NCBI GenBank assembly: GCA_016282315.1
Contig: JAEEKG010000075.1
Location: 5,354-69,353 of the forward strand
Direction of reading: 5' to 3'
Length of the DNA stretch: 64,000 nt
Origin: Clostridiales bacterium
GTDB lineage: Bacteria; Bacillota; Clostridia; Oscillospirales; CAG-272
Below, in pieces: positions 9,240 through 18,633 of the stretch. The position numbers and the translations under genes were made by a program. How positions within the stretch are numbered: the first letter of the stretch is position 1; each line of letters starts with the position of its first letter. The notes beneath the pieces were generated by a model that saw only the letters and a list, made by a program, of their open reading frames with translations, did not search any database and had not been told where the DNA came from.

Positions 9240-10232
9240 TCAATTACCTCCCACAACTTTGCCATAATCTACATAAACGCTGCTTATGTTGTCCAAGCCG
9301 AATTCTTCACTTGTGAGCGTAATAAGACAATAACCCAGTATATCATCATCGTGATAAATCTCTCTTGTGGATTTTACCCCATAACCGAGAATGACGCCTT
9401 CATAATCAACAACTGCGTTATTAATATGGTCGTGACCGCAGAATGTACCTCTTATGCCTGCATTTTTGAGTCTTTCAAATTGATCTGACTCGAACACTGA
9501 AGGACAAGATGGTTCTCTGTTTGTGCCCTTTCCCTCATATTTGCCTTCCTGATATCCTTCATAAGCATCTTTATACTCCTTAAGAGGTATGTGGAAGAAA
9601 GCAAGTGAAGTATAATCGTCGTCATCTTCCTCAGCTTGTATTTTTTCTATGTGAGCCAATTGAGAATCGGAAATCTGATTGTAAGTGTATTGGATGGGAT
9701 TCAATCTCAGATATGAACCGCCGTCAATCATAAACAATCTGTATACCAAATCGTCGCCTTTCATCAAATCAACATGGAAATTCTGAGTTCCGTCTATTCC
9801 ATCATTTGGATAGTCAACATTCAATGAATACTCCATTTTTGACACTACTTCATCTGGATATGTATATTCATATACTCCTTGATGATCGTGATTGCCCTGA
9901 ATAAACACCCAATTAATCTTGAAACTGTCAATAAAACTGAAATAGAAATCTACTTCAGCTTTTGTAGCTTCAAAGAAATTATCTCCGTTGAGTACAATTA
10001 AATCAGGCTTAGCTTCATTGATATTGTGTGTAAGATATTTTGTCAATTCGTCAAGGTTAGTCAACATACTGATGTGAACATCTGTCAGCATCATTATTTT
10101 GAAGCCCTCTTTGTATTCCATGTTCTGTCTATACTCATCAATGTCGTGCTTTTCCACTTTTTTGGCACAACCCGCCGCGAATATCATTATCGCAGACAGC
10201 AAAATGAGTAATACGATTTTTGCTTTTTTCAT
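9240..10232 (-). CDS. calcineurin-like metallophosphoesterase, probable lipoprotein
   Basis: Metallophosphoesterase motifs DVH, GDNF, GNHDHQG and GHDHINN. Signal peptide with lipobox AAGC. Start moved to MKKAKIV (ATG at 10232, RBS AAAGGA), which removes the overlap with polA. Confidence 0.8.
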   Translation of the reverse strand: MKKAKIVLLILLSAIMIFAAGCAKKVEKHDIDEYRQNMEYKEGFKIMMLTDVHISMLTNLDELTKYLTHNINEAKPDLIVLNGDNFFEATKAEVDFYFSFIDSFKINWVFIQGNHDHQGVYEYTYPDEVVSKMEYSLNVDYPNDGIDGTQNFHVDLMKGDDLVYRLFMIDGGSYLRLNPIQYTYNQISDSQLAHIEKIQAEEDDDDYTSLAFFHIPLKEYKDAYEGYQEGKYEGKGTNREPSCPSVFESDQFERLKNAGIRGTFCGHDHINNAVVDYEGVILGYGVKSTREIYHDDDILGYCLITLTSEEFGLDNISSVYVDYGKVVGGN

Positions 10233-10242
10233 TCTGTTCCTT

Positions 10243-12756
10243 TCAATGAGCTTCAAACCAATTCTGGCCGCTTCCAATTTCCGTTGTCAGCGGAACGCTC
10301 AGTTTGACTGCATTTTCCATGCAATCTTTTAATATTTTCTTTGCTTGCTCAGCGCAATTCTTGTGTGATTCAATGATTAATTCGTCATGAACCTGCATTA
10401 TTAAGTGAGCATCTATATTACTCTTTTTTAATTCTTCATAAACATTGACCATCGCAATTTTTATTATGTCAGCTGCTGTTCCCTGAATCGGACTGTTTTT
10501 TGCAACTCTCTCTCCAAATGCAATTTCCATCTTTTTTGGAGAAGACAATTCCGGGATATATCTTCTTCTTCCGAGCATTGTTGTGACATATTTGTTCATG
10601 CGTGCGTCAGAAATAACTTTGTCAAAGTAGTCAGCCACTTTGGGATATGTTCTCATGTAATTCTTGATATAGTCATCAGCCATATATACAGGAATCTGTA
10701 AATCCTGAGATAGCGAATAACTTCCCATACCATACATTATTCCGAAATTGATTGCTTTGGCATGTTTTCTCTGTTCAATTGTAACTTCATCCTTTTCAAC
10801 ACCGAATAACTTCATGGCAGTTGAAGCATGAATGTCGCCTCCGCTGTTGAATACTTCAGTTAAATTCTCATCTCCGGAAATTGCCGCAAGCAGTCGGAGT
10901 TCAATCTGTGAGTAATCTGCATCAATTAGAACATAATCATCGTTTTTTGAGACAAAAAACTTTCTGAAGTTTCTTCCCAATTCTGTTCTTATTGGGATAT
11001 TCTGCAGGTTAGGCTCAGTTGAAGACAATCGTCCTGTTGATGTAAGGGCTTGCTTGAAGTTTGTGTGAACCCTTCCGTTTTCATCAGCACAAAGAGGCAA
11101 GGCATCTGCATATGTACTCTTGAACTTGGAATACTCCCTGAACTGAAGCACATATCCAACAATCGGATTGATGGGTCTCAGTTTTTCCAAAACATCGGCG
11201 CTGGTTGAAATCTTTGTTTTATTCGGATTCGGGAGTCCCATCTCTTCAAACAAAACACTGCCCAGCTGCTTTGGAGAATTGACATTGAACGGGTGGCCCG
11301 ACAAGTGGAATATCTTATCTTGGATTTCGTTCATCATTGACTGCAGTTGTGAAGAAAACTCATACAGTTTTTTTACATCAACCTTGAATCCTCTCTGCTC
11401 CATGTCATACAGGACGAAAGCCAATGGCAACTCTACTTTTTTGTAAAGGTCATATTGATTTGTTTCGACTAATTCATTTTTGAAATAATCGTGAAGTTTG
11501 TATATGTAATAAGATTTTTCATCAGGTGATTGAGCTGTTGCTCCGAAGGTTCTTGAAACAAGTTTTTCGATTGAAAAATCCGTTTCTCCGCTAGAGCACA
11601 TGTAACCCATAAGCATCACATCATCACAGCATCCGTTCAAGTTGATTTTGGATGAAGATAAAGTGTGACATTCACTTTTTAAATCGTGAACTATGAGCCT
11701 TTTTTCACCTTCAAGTATCTCTTTTTGTTCTTCTATTCTTTCGCATTCATATATTTTCTGCCCATCAGAATAATAAATGCAGTTCGAGTCGTAATCTATG
11801 TATGCAGACAATTGGCCTGATGGAATGCTCGAATAACTGATCTTTTCGGTTTTGGGCAAGTTGAATGTCTTTTCTAAGTATTCATTGTTCTGCTTTTCAA
11901 GATCAAATTTTGCAATCAGTGCTTTAAATCCAAGTCTTGAAAAGATTTCGGCAAGTGCCTGCTTGTCAGTTCCTTTATATGCAATCTTATCAAGCGAAGG
12001 AACATCCGGAACCCCTTTGTCTATTCTTGCTAACCTCTTAGACAGGAATGCATTGTCTTTTCCGGCCAATAACTTTGTTTTATTTGTTTCCGTTATGTCT
12101 TTTGCTTCATCAATTTTTTCATATAACTGCTCTATACTATCGTATGTCGCAATCAGTTTTCCAGCTGTCTTTTCGCCTATTCCCGCAACCCCGGGGATGT
12201 TGTCTGAAGAGTCGCCCATCAGTGCTTTCATGTCAACAAAGTGATCGGGATAAATACCGTATTTATTGAAGAACACTTCTCTGTCATATTTTACCGACTC
12301 TCCCGTGGTTGCCAAAAGAACAAACGTGTTATCTGTTATAAGCTGTAAAGAGTCTCTGTCTCCCGTAACTATATATGCTTGCACCCCATTGTCTTCAGCA
12401 ATGGCTGAATATGTACCCAAGAGGTCATCTGCTTCATATCCGCTTTTTTCAACGCAAACTGCTCCAAGAGCAGTCAGACATTCCTTGACTGGAGCAAACT
12501 GAGCAAGAAGTTCGGGAGGAGTTGATTTTCTTCCGGCTTTGTAATCGGAATAGAATTTGTGTCTGAATGTCGGAGCATGCACATCAAAAGCAACGACAAA
12601 ATAGTCTGGCTGTATTTCTTCCAGATGCTTGTGCATTATATTCATGAATCCATATACGGCGTTTGTCGGAGTCCCATCCGGAGCGCTCAACGGCCTGATG
12701 CCATAAAACGCTCTGTTGATTATTGAGTTTCCGTCAACAGCTAGCAATTTTTTCAT
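10243..12756 (-). CDS. polA: DNA polymerase I
   Basis: 837 aa. It has an N-terminal 5'-nuclease domain and family-A polymerase motifs A (DYSQIELR), B (RKHAKAINFGIMYG) and C (QVHDELI). Confidence 0.95.
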   Translation of the reverse strand: MKKLLAVDGNSIINRAFYGIRPLSAPDGTPTNAVYGFMNIMHKHLEEIQPDYFVVAFDVHAPTFRHKFYSDYKAGRKSTPPELLAQFAPVKECLTALGAVCVEKSGYEADDLLGTYSAIAEDNGVQAYIVTGDRDSLQLITDNTFVLLATTGESVKYDREVFFNKYGIYPDHFVDMKALMGDSSDNIPGVAGIGEKTAGKLIATYDSIEQLYEKIDEAKDITETNKTKLLAGKDNAFLSKRLARIDKGVPDVPSLDKIAYKGTDKQALAEIFSRLGFKALIAKFDLEKQNNEYLEKTFNLPKTEKISYSSIPSGQLSAYIDYDSNCIYYSDGQKIYECERIEEQKEILEGEKRLIVHDLKSECHTLSSSKINLNGCCDDVMLMGYMCSSGETDFSIEKLVSRTFGATAQSPDEKSYYIYKLHDYFKNELVETNQYDLYKKVELPLAFVLYDMEQRGFKVDVKKLYEFSSQLQSMMNEIQDKIFHLSGHPFNVNSPKQLGSVLFEEMGLPNPNKTKISTSADVLEKLRPINPIVGYVLQFREYSKFKSTYADALPLCADENGRVHTNFKQALTSTGRLSSTEPNLQNIPIRTELGRNFRKFFVSKNDDYVLIDADYSQIELRLLAAISGDENLTEVFNSGGDIHASTAMKLFGVEKDEVTIEQRKHAKAINFGIMYGMGSYSLSQDLQIPVYMADDYIKNYMRTYPKVADYFDKVISDARMNKYVTTMLGRRRYIPELSSPKKMEIAFGERVAKNSPIQGTAADIIKIAMVNVYEELKKSNIDAHLIMQVHDELIIESHKNCAEQAKKILKDCMENAVKLSVPLTTEIGSGQNWFEAH

Positions 12757-12775
12757 AAAAACTCCAGTCTATCTA

Positions 12776-13276
12776 TTAGTAGTAAATGTGAATTCCACCT
12801 TGATCAAGATAGTCGATAAAGTATTCCAAAGCTTTGAAATATACAGGTATCAATACTGCTAAAAAGAAAGATAAAACAGATAATGAAACTCCGGAAATAC
12901 CCAAAATAAGAGTTGCAATTGGTTTTTTACCGTTGTTTCTTCTTGCCTCTTTGAATTTGCCTATAGATATGAATCCGAAAACCATAGACAAAATTCCGAT
13001 AATTATGAATATGGCAAGTCCTACATAGAATCCTACCTTGGAAATAGGTACCCAATAGAAAACCATCATTGTTGACAAAATAATTAAGTCGACAACAGAT
13101 AGTATGACAGATGCAAGCCCAAGACCGAACCCGTACATTCTGGTATATTTGCTTTCCTTGTTTTCTACTGTCGATTTTTGCTGATTATCGTTGTCGGTAT
13201 TTGTTAATTGTTTTGCGCAATCTTCGCATATTGCTTCCGGATTATCTGTTGGTTTTCCGCAATACTTACAATACAT
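12776..13276 (-). CDS. zinc-ribbon domain membrane protein
   Basis: Start set at the ATG preceded by AAGGAG. N-terminus is MYCKYCGKPT...CEDC (CxxC...CxxC), followed by about four hydrophobic helices. Confidence 0.6.
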   Translation of the reverse strand: MYCKYCGKPTDNPEAICEDCAKQLTNTDNDNQQKSTVENKESKYTRMYGFGLGLASVILSVVDLIILSTMMVFYWVPISKVGFYVGLAIFIIIGILSMVFGFISIGKFKEARRNNGKKPIATLILGISGVSLSVLSFFLAVLIPVYFKALEYFIDYLDQGGIHIYY

Positions 13277-13301
13277 TTTTTTCTCCTTCAAATGTAACTA
13301 G

Positions 13302-13718
13302 TTATACTTTTCCTTCCAAATCTTTTAAAACTTTTGCTCTCACATCCTCAACCTGATCGCATTTTTTAACTCCGAATACACATTCGTTGACAAAATGCTC
13401 ACAGTTGTTATACAAAATGTTATAACCGCCTGTGCCGATTCTGCTCCTTGCATAATCTACTATAGCATCGGTTTTTTTCGCTTTAAGCTTTTCAGTAAAA
13501 GACATGGATCCTACTTCAAGAAATCCCCCGCCCAAAAAGACATCGATGTTTGTTGTCAACACCACAACATCTGTTGCAGTCATCATTTTGATGTTTCTTG
13601 GCGGCATCCCGAACTGTATTACTTCATCATCCGAAACATATATTCCATAGTGATAGATATCTCCTATGGCAACTCTTATAATGTCTCCCTTTTTGGGAGT
13701 TTGCATGGTCCATTTCAT
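13302..13718 (-). CDS. LRAT/PLAAT (H-box/NC, NlpC-P60 superfamily) thiol acyltransferase/phospholipase-like protein
   Basis: 138 aa with the His box YHYGIYV and the catalytic-Cys box NNCEHFVNE. ATGA overlap with the upstream carrier-protein gene. Confidence 0.7.
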   Translation of the reverse strand: MKWTMQTPKKGDIIRVAIGDIYHYGIYVSDDEVIQFGMPPRNIKMMTATDVVVLTTNIDVFLGGGFLEVGSMSFTEKLKAKKTDAIVDYARSRIGTGGYNILYNNCEHFVNECVFGVKKCDQVEDVRAKVLKDLEGKV

Positions 13719-13969
13719 TTGTCAATCTCTTTTGAAATATAATCGATTACATCTTTAACTGTTTGAAAATCTTCAAAATTGACATTTTCGAACTTTATTT
13801 TAAATGTTTCTTCGATTGCAATGATGATATATAGCATTCCTACAGATGACAAGCTCAGGTCTGTATAAAGATTTGATTCTTCTGTGAGATTGGAAAGTAA
13901 TTCTTCGGGATTGCTTACAGTGTATTTCAATATTGTTTTTAATTTTTCAACAATTTCGTCTCTTGTCAT
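13715..13969 (-). CDS. stand-alone acyl/peptidyl carrier protein
   Basis: 84 aa, acidic, with the phosphopantetheine-site-like motif DLSLSSVGMLYII. It starts 1 nt after the stop of the ligase gene. Confidence 0.75.
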   Translation of the reverse strand: MTRDEIVEKLKTILKYTVSNPEELLSNLTEESNLYTDLSLSSVGMLYIIIAIEETFKIKFENVNFEDFQTVKDVIDYISKEIDK

Positions 13970-13970
13970 A

Positions 13971-15461
13971 TTATTGCTTCCTCAATATCTTCATACTTGG
14001 ACTTCTGTTAAAATCTTTATCTCTGATTATTATCTTGCTTATTCTCTTGAAAGGCGGCAATGTCTTATTGACCTTGTTTATCTCTTCTTTAATGAAAGCT
14101 TCTTTATCTACACCGGAATATTTAGCAAGTTCAGTTGCTCTTGGATAGACTTGAAGAGCGAGATATTGTTTTCCATCCTCTTCTTCAGCATACACAAGTG
14201 AATCCTGAATTATGGCAATTTTATCAAATTCATTTTCTATTTCGGCGGGAGAAACATTCTCTCCGGTTGACAAAACAATAACTTCTTTGCATCTTCCGAC
14301 AATGTATAAGAATCCGTCTTCATCGATTCTTACTAAGTCTCCTGTTTTGAACCATCCGTCTTCAAATGCCTTCTTGTTCTCTTCAGGGTCTCCTAAATAG
14401 CAGGTAAACATGTTGTCACCTTTGAGCCACAATTCTCCGTTTACGATTTTCAATTGCTGACCATCATAAGGATAACCGACGGAATCAGGCTTAGATTCAA
14501 CTTCAGGGTTGCCGCTGACTAAGTTAGCGCTCTCGGTAAGACCATAACCCGGCAAAAGTGTGATTCCTATCTTCTTATATTCCTTAACGAGGTAAGGAGG
14601 AACCATAGCGGCTCCGCAAATAATATACTTGAGTGAATCGCCAAGCATATTCTTATTAAACTGTTTTGAAATATTCAGTGCCATCTCGGCAAGAGCCGGA
14701 ACCATTACAAGCATTGTAGGTCTGAACATAGCTATATCTTTGAACATGTCTTTATTGTTTCTGCAGATGTATAAGTTACTGCCTGTGTAAAGACTTGTCA
14801 AAAGGTTTCTTATAAGTCCGAAAACATGAGTCAAAGGCAATACAAGCAAATATCTTTCTTCAAATACGGCATTTACTCCATAACAGCCGTTCTTTGTACC
14901 TCTCATCATTGCTCTGTTGTTAAGCAAAGCACCTTTGCTGTTTCCTGTAGTTCCACCTGTGAAAAGTACTGAACAAGGATCGTCACCGCTCACATCCTGA
15001 GCCGGTGTTTTTTTATCAGATTGCTTGTCTGTAGAGATCACGACAACACTGGGTTTCTTTTCTTTGACAAAAGACAGTTTTGCTTCCATAACAGGGTTAT
15101 ACACAATGAAATTGAAATCAAACTTCATTGAACAACCGAAAACAGTCATTTCGTCCAGATGCGGAGGCAGCAATATAGCTACAGCACCCAATGTTGTAAT
15201 AGCCAAATATGCTTTGACAAAATCATAAGAGTTAGGTGAAAGAAGAGCTACTCTGTCGCCTTTTTTAACTCCACTGTCAGTCAGAACAGTTCTGAATTGA
15301 GATACGTCTTCTTCAATTTTTGTAAATGAATACTCTTTTCCGTCATCAGTTATTGCAATATTATTCGGGTATGTTTTAACACTGTGATTCCACATCTGCG
15401 AAACAGATTCGTAATCTACTATCTTGTTGTATGTCTCTTTATCCGTGTACTTTTCGAACAT
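13971..15461 (-). CDS. AMP-dependent synthetase/ligase, long-chain acyl-CoA or acyl-ACP synthetase-like
   Basis: Canonical adenylation motifs FTGGTTGNSKGA, GYGLTES, GWFKTGDL, GRCKEVIVLSTGENVSP and a terminal Lys (SMKILRK). Start placed at the ATG at 15461, preceded by AGGTGA; the track ORF starts at GTG 15470. Confidence 0.85.
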   Translation of the reverse strand: MFEKYTDKETYNKIVDYESVSQMWNHSVKTYPNNIAITDDGKEYSFTKIEEDVSQFRTVLTDSGVKKGDRVALLSPNSYDFVKAYLAITTLGAVAILLPPHLDEMTVFGCSMKFDFNFIVYNPVMEAKLSFVKEKKPSVVVISTDKQSDKKTPAQDVSGDDPCSVLFTGGTTGNSKGALLNNRAMMRGTKNGCYGVNAVFEERYLLVLPLTHVFGLIRNLLTSLYTGSNLYICRNNKDMFKDIAMFRPTMLVMVPALAEMALNISKQFNKNMLGDSLKYIICGAAMVPPYLVKEYKKIGITLLPGYGLTESANLVSGNPEVESKPDSVGYPYDGQQLKIVNGELWLKGDNMFTCYLGDPEENKKAFEDGWFKTGDLVRIDEDGFLYIVGRCKEVIVLSTGENVSPAEIENEFDKIAIIQDSLVYAEEEDGKQYLALQVYPRATELAKYSGVDKEAFIKEEINKVNKTLPPFKRISKIIIRDKDFNRSPSMKILRKQ

Positions 15462-15470
15462 GAAAATCAC

Positions 15471-16133
15471 CTACTTTGCAAGTTTAATTAGTTCTATCTC
15501 TTTCTCTCTTATACCGGTGGATATTCTCTCAACTTCGCTGAGTGGTATATTGCCGCTCTCTGAGTCAAGTACTATTGGCTCGCCTACCACTATTCTCTGA
15601 CGATTATACCAATGAAGAGGTTTTTTGATATAAACAGGAACAACAGGAGCATCATTCTTAAGTGCCATAATAACCGCGCCTGCTTTAAATGAGCTTATTT
15701 GTCCCTGTTCATTATTCTTCAACCCGCCCTCTGGGAATATCCCTACAACGGCGCCTTCATTCAATCTGTCACTAACGTCTCTGTAAGTCTGAATATTCAG
15801 ATGTTCTCTGTTGACAGGTATGCACAAAACTTTGTGGAAAAACCAATTTTTGAATTTAGTGTCAAACAATTGGGATGTCGCCACAAGGTGTATTCTTCTA
15901 TACCAAAATGAAAAGTGAATTTTAATCGGATCCAAAACGCTTTCATGATTTGCAACCAATACAGCCGGTCCTCTTAATACTTTCCTTGCCTGTTTGTTTT
16001 CATAAATGACCTTTGGTCTTAGAACCAAAAAAGCTGACAATGCACCTGTCCACTTTACAAAATCATAAATAAAGTATTTGAAGCGGAACTTCTTATACTT
16101 TTTCTTTTTTTGTTGTTTGTCTTGATAATTCAT
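15471..16133 (-). CDS. PlsC-family (lysophospholipid/1-acylglycerol-3-phosphate) acyltransferase, copy 2
   Basis: HX4D block NHESVLD, plus the FPEGG and VVPVY blocks. 220 aa. Confidence 0.8.
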   Translation of the reverse strand: MNYQDKQQKKKKYKKFRFKYFIYDFVKWTGALSAFLVLRPKVIYENKQARKVLRGPAVLVANHESVLDPIKIHFSFWYRRIHLVATSQLFDTKFKNWFFHKVLCIPVNREHLNIQTYRDVSDRLNEGAVVGIFPEGGLKNNEQGQISSFKAGAVIMALKNDAPVVPVYIKKPLHWYNRQRIVVGEPIVLDSESGNIPLSEVERISTGIREKEIELIKLAK

Positions 16134-16740
16134 CTTTTAAATCAATTACCTTTTTTCGTATTGTTTTTGTTATTTGTTCAATATTTGTTTTTTCATCGAG
16201 ACTGTCATCCCACAATTCCTGTACGTCAATCGGACAGCCAATGATTACACGAGCTCTTTTTTTGTTAAAATAGCTTCCGTTTGTGTAAAGAGGAATGATT
16301 TTTGCTCCGCTCTCAAGGGCGATATATGTTGCACTGGTTTTAAACTCCAATGGCTTTTCTTCACCCTCTTTGGGTATTCTTCCTTCAGGGAAAATCCCCA
16401 CGATTCCCTTTTTGTTCAAAATTTCCACAGATTTTTTGACAAATAGGAAATCGTAAGAATTTCTATCTACAAAGATTCCGCCTAGTCTTCGCAAAAACCA
16501 TTTTAACAATTTGGTTTTGAACAGTATCTCTGCCATCTGATATCTCAATGTTCTGAAAAAGAACACAAACAGAAATACCGCATAGTCATAAACAGAAGTG
16601 TGATTCGAGACGATTATTGCCTGTCCCTTAATTCTTCTGCTCTGTATTTTTTTGTCTTCATAATACACTTTTGTTCTGAAACAAACCCACTGCACTGGAA
16701 GCGCAGTAATTTTTACAAAAGCGTTGAATAGTTTTATCAT
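16093..16740 (-). CDS. PlsC-family (lysophospholipid/1-acylglycerol-3-phosphate) acyltransferase, copy 1
   Basis: HX4D block NHTSVYD, plus the GGIFVDR, FPEGR and IIPLY blocks. 215 aa. Confidence 0.8.
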   Translation of the reverse strand: MIKLFNAFVKITALPVQWVCFRTKVYYEDKKIQSRRIKGQAIIVSNHTSVYDYAVFLFVFFFRTLRYQMAEILFKTKLLKWFLRRLGGIFVDRNSYDFLFVKKSVEILNKKGIVGIFPEGRIPKEGEEKPLEFKTSATYIALESGAKIIPLYTNGSYFNKKRARVIIGCPIDVQELWDDSLDEKTNIEQITKTIRKKVIDLKDELSRQTTKKEKV

Positions 16741-18620
16741 TGAGCGCTGTTAAGCTTTTTGTTTACCCTGCTCTGAAGTACAGCAAGAGAAACAATGTTG
16801 CAAGGCAATATAGGCAAAACAAGTCCTGTTATTACAGACAGTACAACATATTTTGCACTGAGTTTTCCTTCAACTGCTTTGAATTGACTTATCAGTACGA
16901 ATATTCCTGCAAAAGGAATGATACAGCCGAGTATCCAATAAAGAAGTGTTCTCTTCTTTTCTGTGAGTTTATCTATTGATTTGAACAGGAATGCAGTCCA
17001 GATGAACCCGAAAATGAATCCTGACAGAATTGAAAGCGCAACTTGAACGAATACTATTTCGCCCTTGTCTTTCTTTGTTTCAGGTTCATCGGTAATCTGA
17101 CTGATGTCAAGGCTTTCGTCATATTTTTTCAATTCTTTTGCAACGCATTCAGGAGTATATTCCTTAGGCATCTTGAAAGCGAATATAAAGCCTACAATGC
17201 ACATGATTGCAACTATGAAAGGAACAATCATAACGCCGAAGTTGAAGAGTTCGCCTGTACCTACATTAAGGTTCTGGCCTGCTACTTCGATTGCACTTGC
17301 TGTCTCTGTTGCTTTTGCCCATGTGAATGAGAAGCTCTTTGTTACGAATATGTTCTTTAGAATGTCATAAACACCATAAGAAGCTATAGCGCCTACGATA
17401 CTTGTTGTGAATGCCTGTGCTGCAAAATACATTGCGCTGTGATTCTTGTTTGTAAGTTTTTCTTCAACTGAAGAAATCTGGGCAGGAATCATATACGGCA
17501 TCATGAAGAAAGCACCGATTGACCAGCTTCCCATAACTCCGCCTACACAACCGATGATATACTGAATCATCTTGTTGTTTGTTCCGCAAACATATGTTGA
17601 AGCAAAGAAGAATGAAAGGATTGCCAAAGCAAATGTCAACAGACAAGTCTGGTAAGTAAATCTAATACCTTTCTTTTCCTTAACTTTTCTGAATAAGTAA
17701 AGCATGATCGGGACAGGAGCAAAAGCACATGTGTTGACCAAAGCCATTTCTGCGCCGTTAAATCCCATTCCTCCCAGAATCATAGCATTCATGGCTACGA
17801 GGAACATCTGGAGTCCGAAGAAAGAACAGCAGTTTACTACGAGCCAGTTTCTGAAAATTTTATTCTTGAATGTGATCTTGAATGATTCTGTTAATTTAAT
17901 CTTTTCTTGTGTCTTTTGTCCATTGTTCTCAGGATAGCCATACTTTTCACCCTCTTTGATCAAGAACAGAGGGATGAGCATTGTACCCATCAACGGGAGT
18001 GACATAAACACGAATTTATCTATTCCCATTCCTGTGCCGTTGTATATGCCTTGGATTATAAGCGGAACAAGTGCATAAACCAAGCAATAGGAAATTGTGT
18101 CGAAGAATGATTTGAATGAAGAAACTCTCAATCTTTGTGATTCATCTTCACATACATTGCTCAAACTGCCGTAGAAAGCAATCAAGCACATTGTGTATGA
18201 TGCAAAGAATATAAGTGCCCAGAAGAAGAACCATATTGAGTTTGCGAGTTGTACTGATGAATCAGTTCCGAAAATAGGCCACCAACAGAAAGCAAAAGAA
18301 ACAACCATCGGTATAAAGCAAATAGCGATAGGTGGTCTTCTTCTACCCCATTTTGTTGACAGGTTATCTGTAATTGCAGCGAATGGAATATCTATTACGC
18401 CGTCAAATACTTTACCAAGTATCATCAAAACTGAAAACAATGCCGGAACTACAAGACAAATGTTGCCGACAATTGTCTGTCCGTTGACATTTCCGCTTAA
18501 ACCGGCCGGGTTCACAGCATCACTGTAGTATGCTCCCATAAGAACCATCAAAAAGTTTGGTCCGAAACCTGAAGCTGCAAATAACAACTCTTTCCATTTT
18601 TTGTCTAGTGATTTTACCAT
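16737..18620 (-). CDS. MFS transporter of the GPH/MFS_2 type with a C-terminal extra membrane module
   Basis: 627 aa. The N-terminus (FAASGFGPNFLMVLMGAYYSDAVNP) resembles the GPH-family signature. After about 12 TM segments there is a charged linker (KEYTPECVAKELKKYDESLDISQITDEPETKKDKGE) and three to four more hydrophobic helices. Confidence 0.75.
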   Translation of the reverse strand: MVKSLDKKWKELLFAASGFGPNFLMVLMGAYYSDAVNPAGLSGNVNGQTIVGNICLVVPALFSVLMILGKVFDGVIDIPFAAITDNLSTKWGRRRPPIAICFIPMVVSFAFCWWPIFGTDSSVQLANSIWFFFWALIFFASYTMCLIAFYGSLSNVCEDESQRLRVSSFKSFFDTISYCLVYALVPLIIQGIYNGTGMGIDKFVFMSLPLMGTMLIPLFLIKEGEKYGYPENNGQKTQEKIKLTESFKITFKNKIFRNWLVVNCCSFFGLQMFLVAMNAMILGGMGFNGAEMALVNTCAFAPVPIMLYLFRKVKEKKGIRFTYQTCLLTFALAILSFFFASTYVCGTNNKMIQYIIGCVGGVMGSWSIGAFFMMPYMIPAQISSVEEKLTNKNHSAMYFAAQAFTTSIVGAIASYGVYDILKNIFVTKSFSFTWAKATETASAIEVAGQNLNVGTGELFNFGVMIVPFIVAIMCIVGFIFAFKMPKEYTPECVAKELKKYDESLDISQITDEPETKKDKGEIVFVQVALSILSGFIFGFIWTAFLFKSIDKLTEKKRTLLYWILGCIIPFAGIFVLISQFKAVEGKLSAKYVVLSVITGLVLPILPCNIVSLAVLQSRVNKKLNSAQ

Positions 18621-18633
18621 TTTTTACCTCTTT

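Noticed and set aside
11700-11900. Whether the PolA 3'-5' exonuclease domain is inactive.
   Set aside because: The candidate Exo I and Exo II positions read IDYDS and HDLKSE, so acidic residues may or may not align with DxE and NxxxD. I cannot decide this without a proper alignment.
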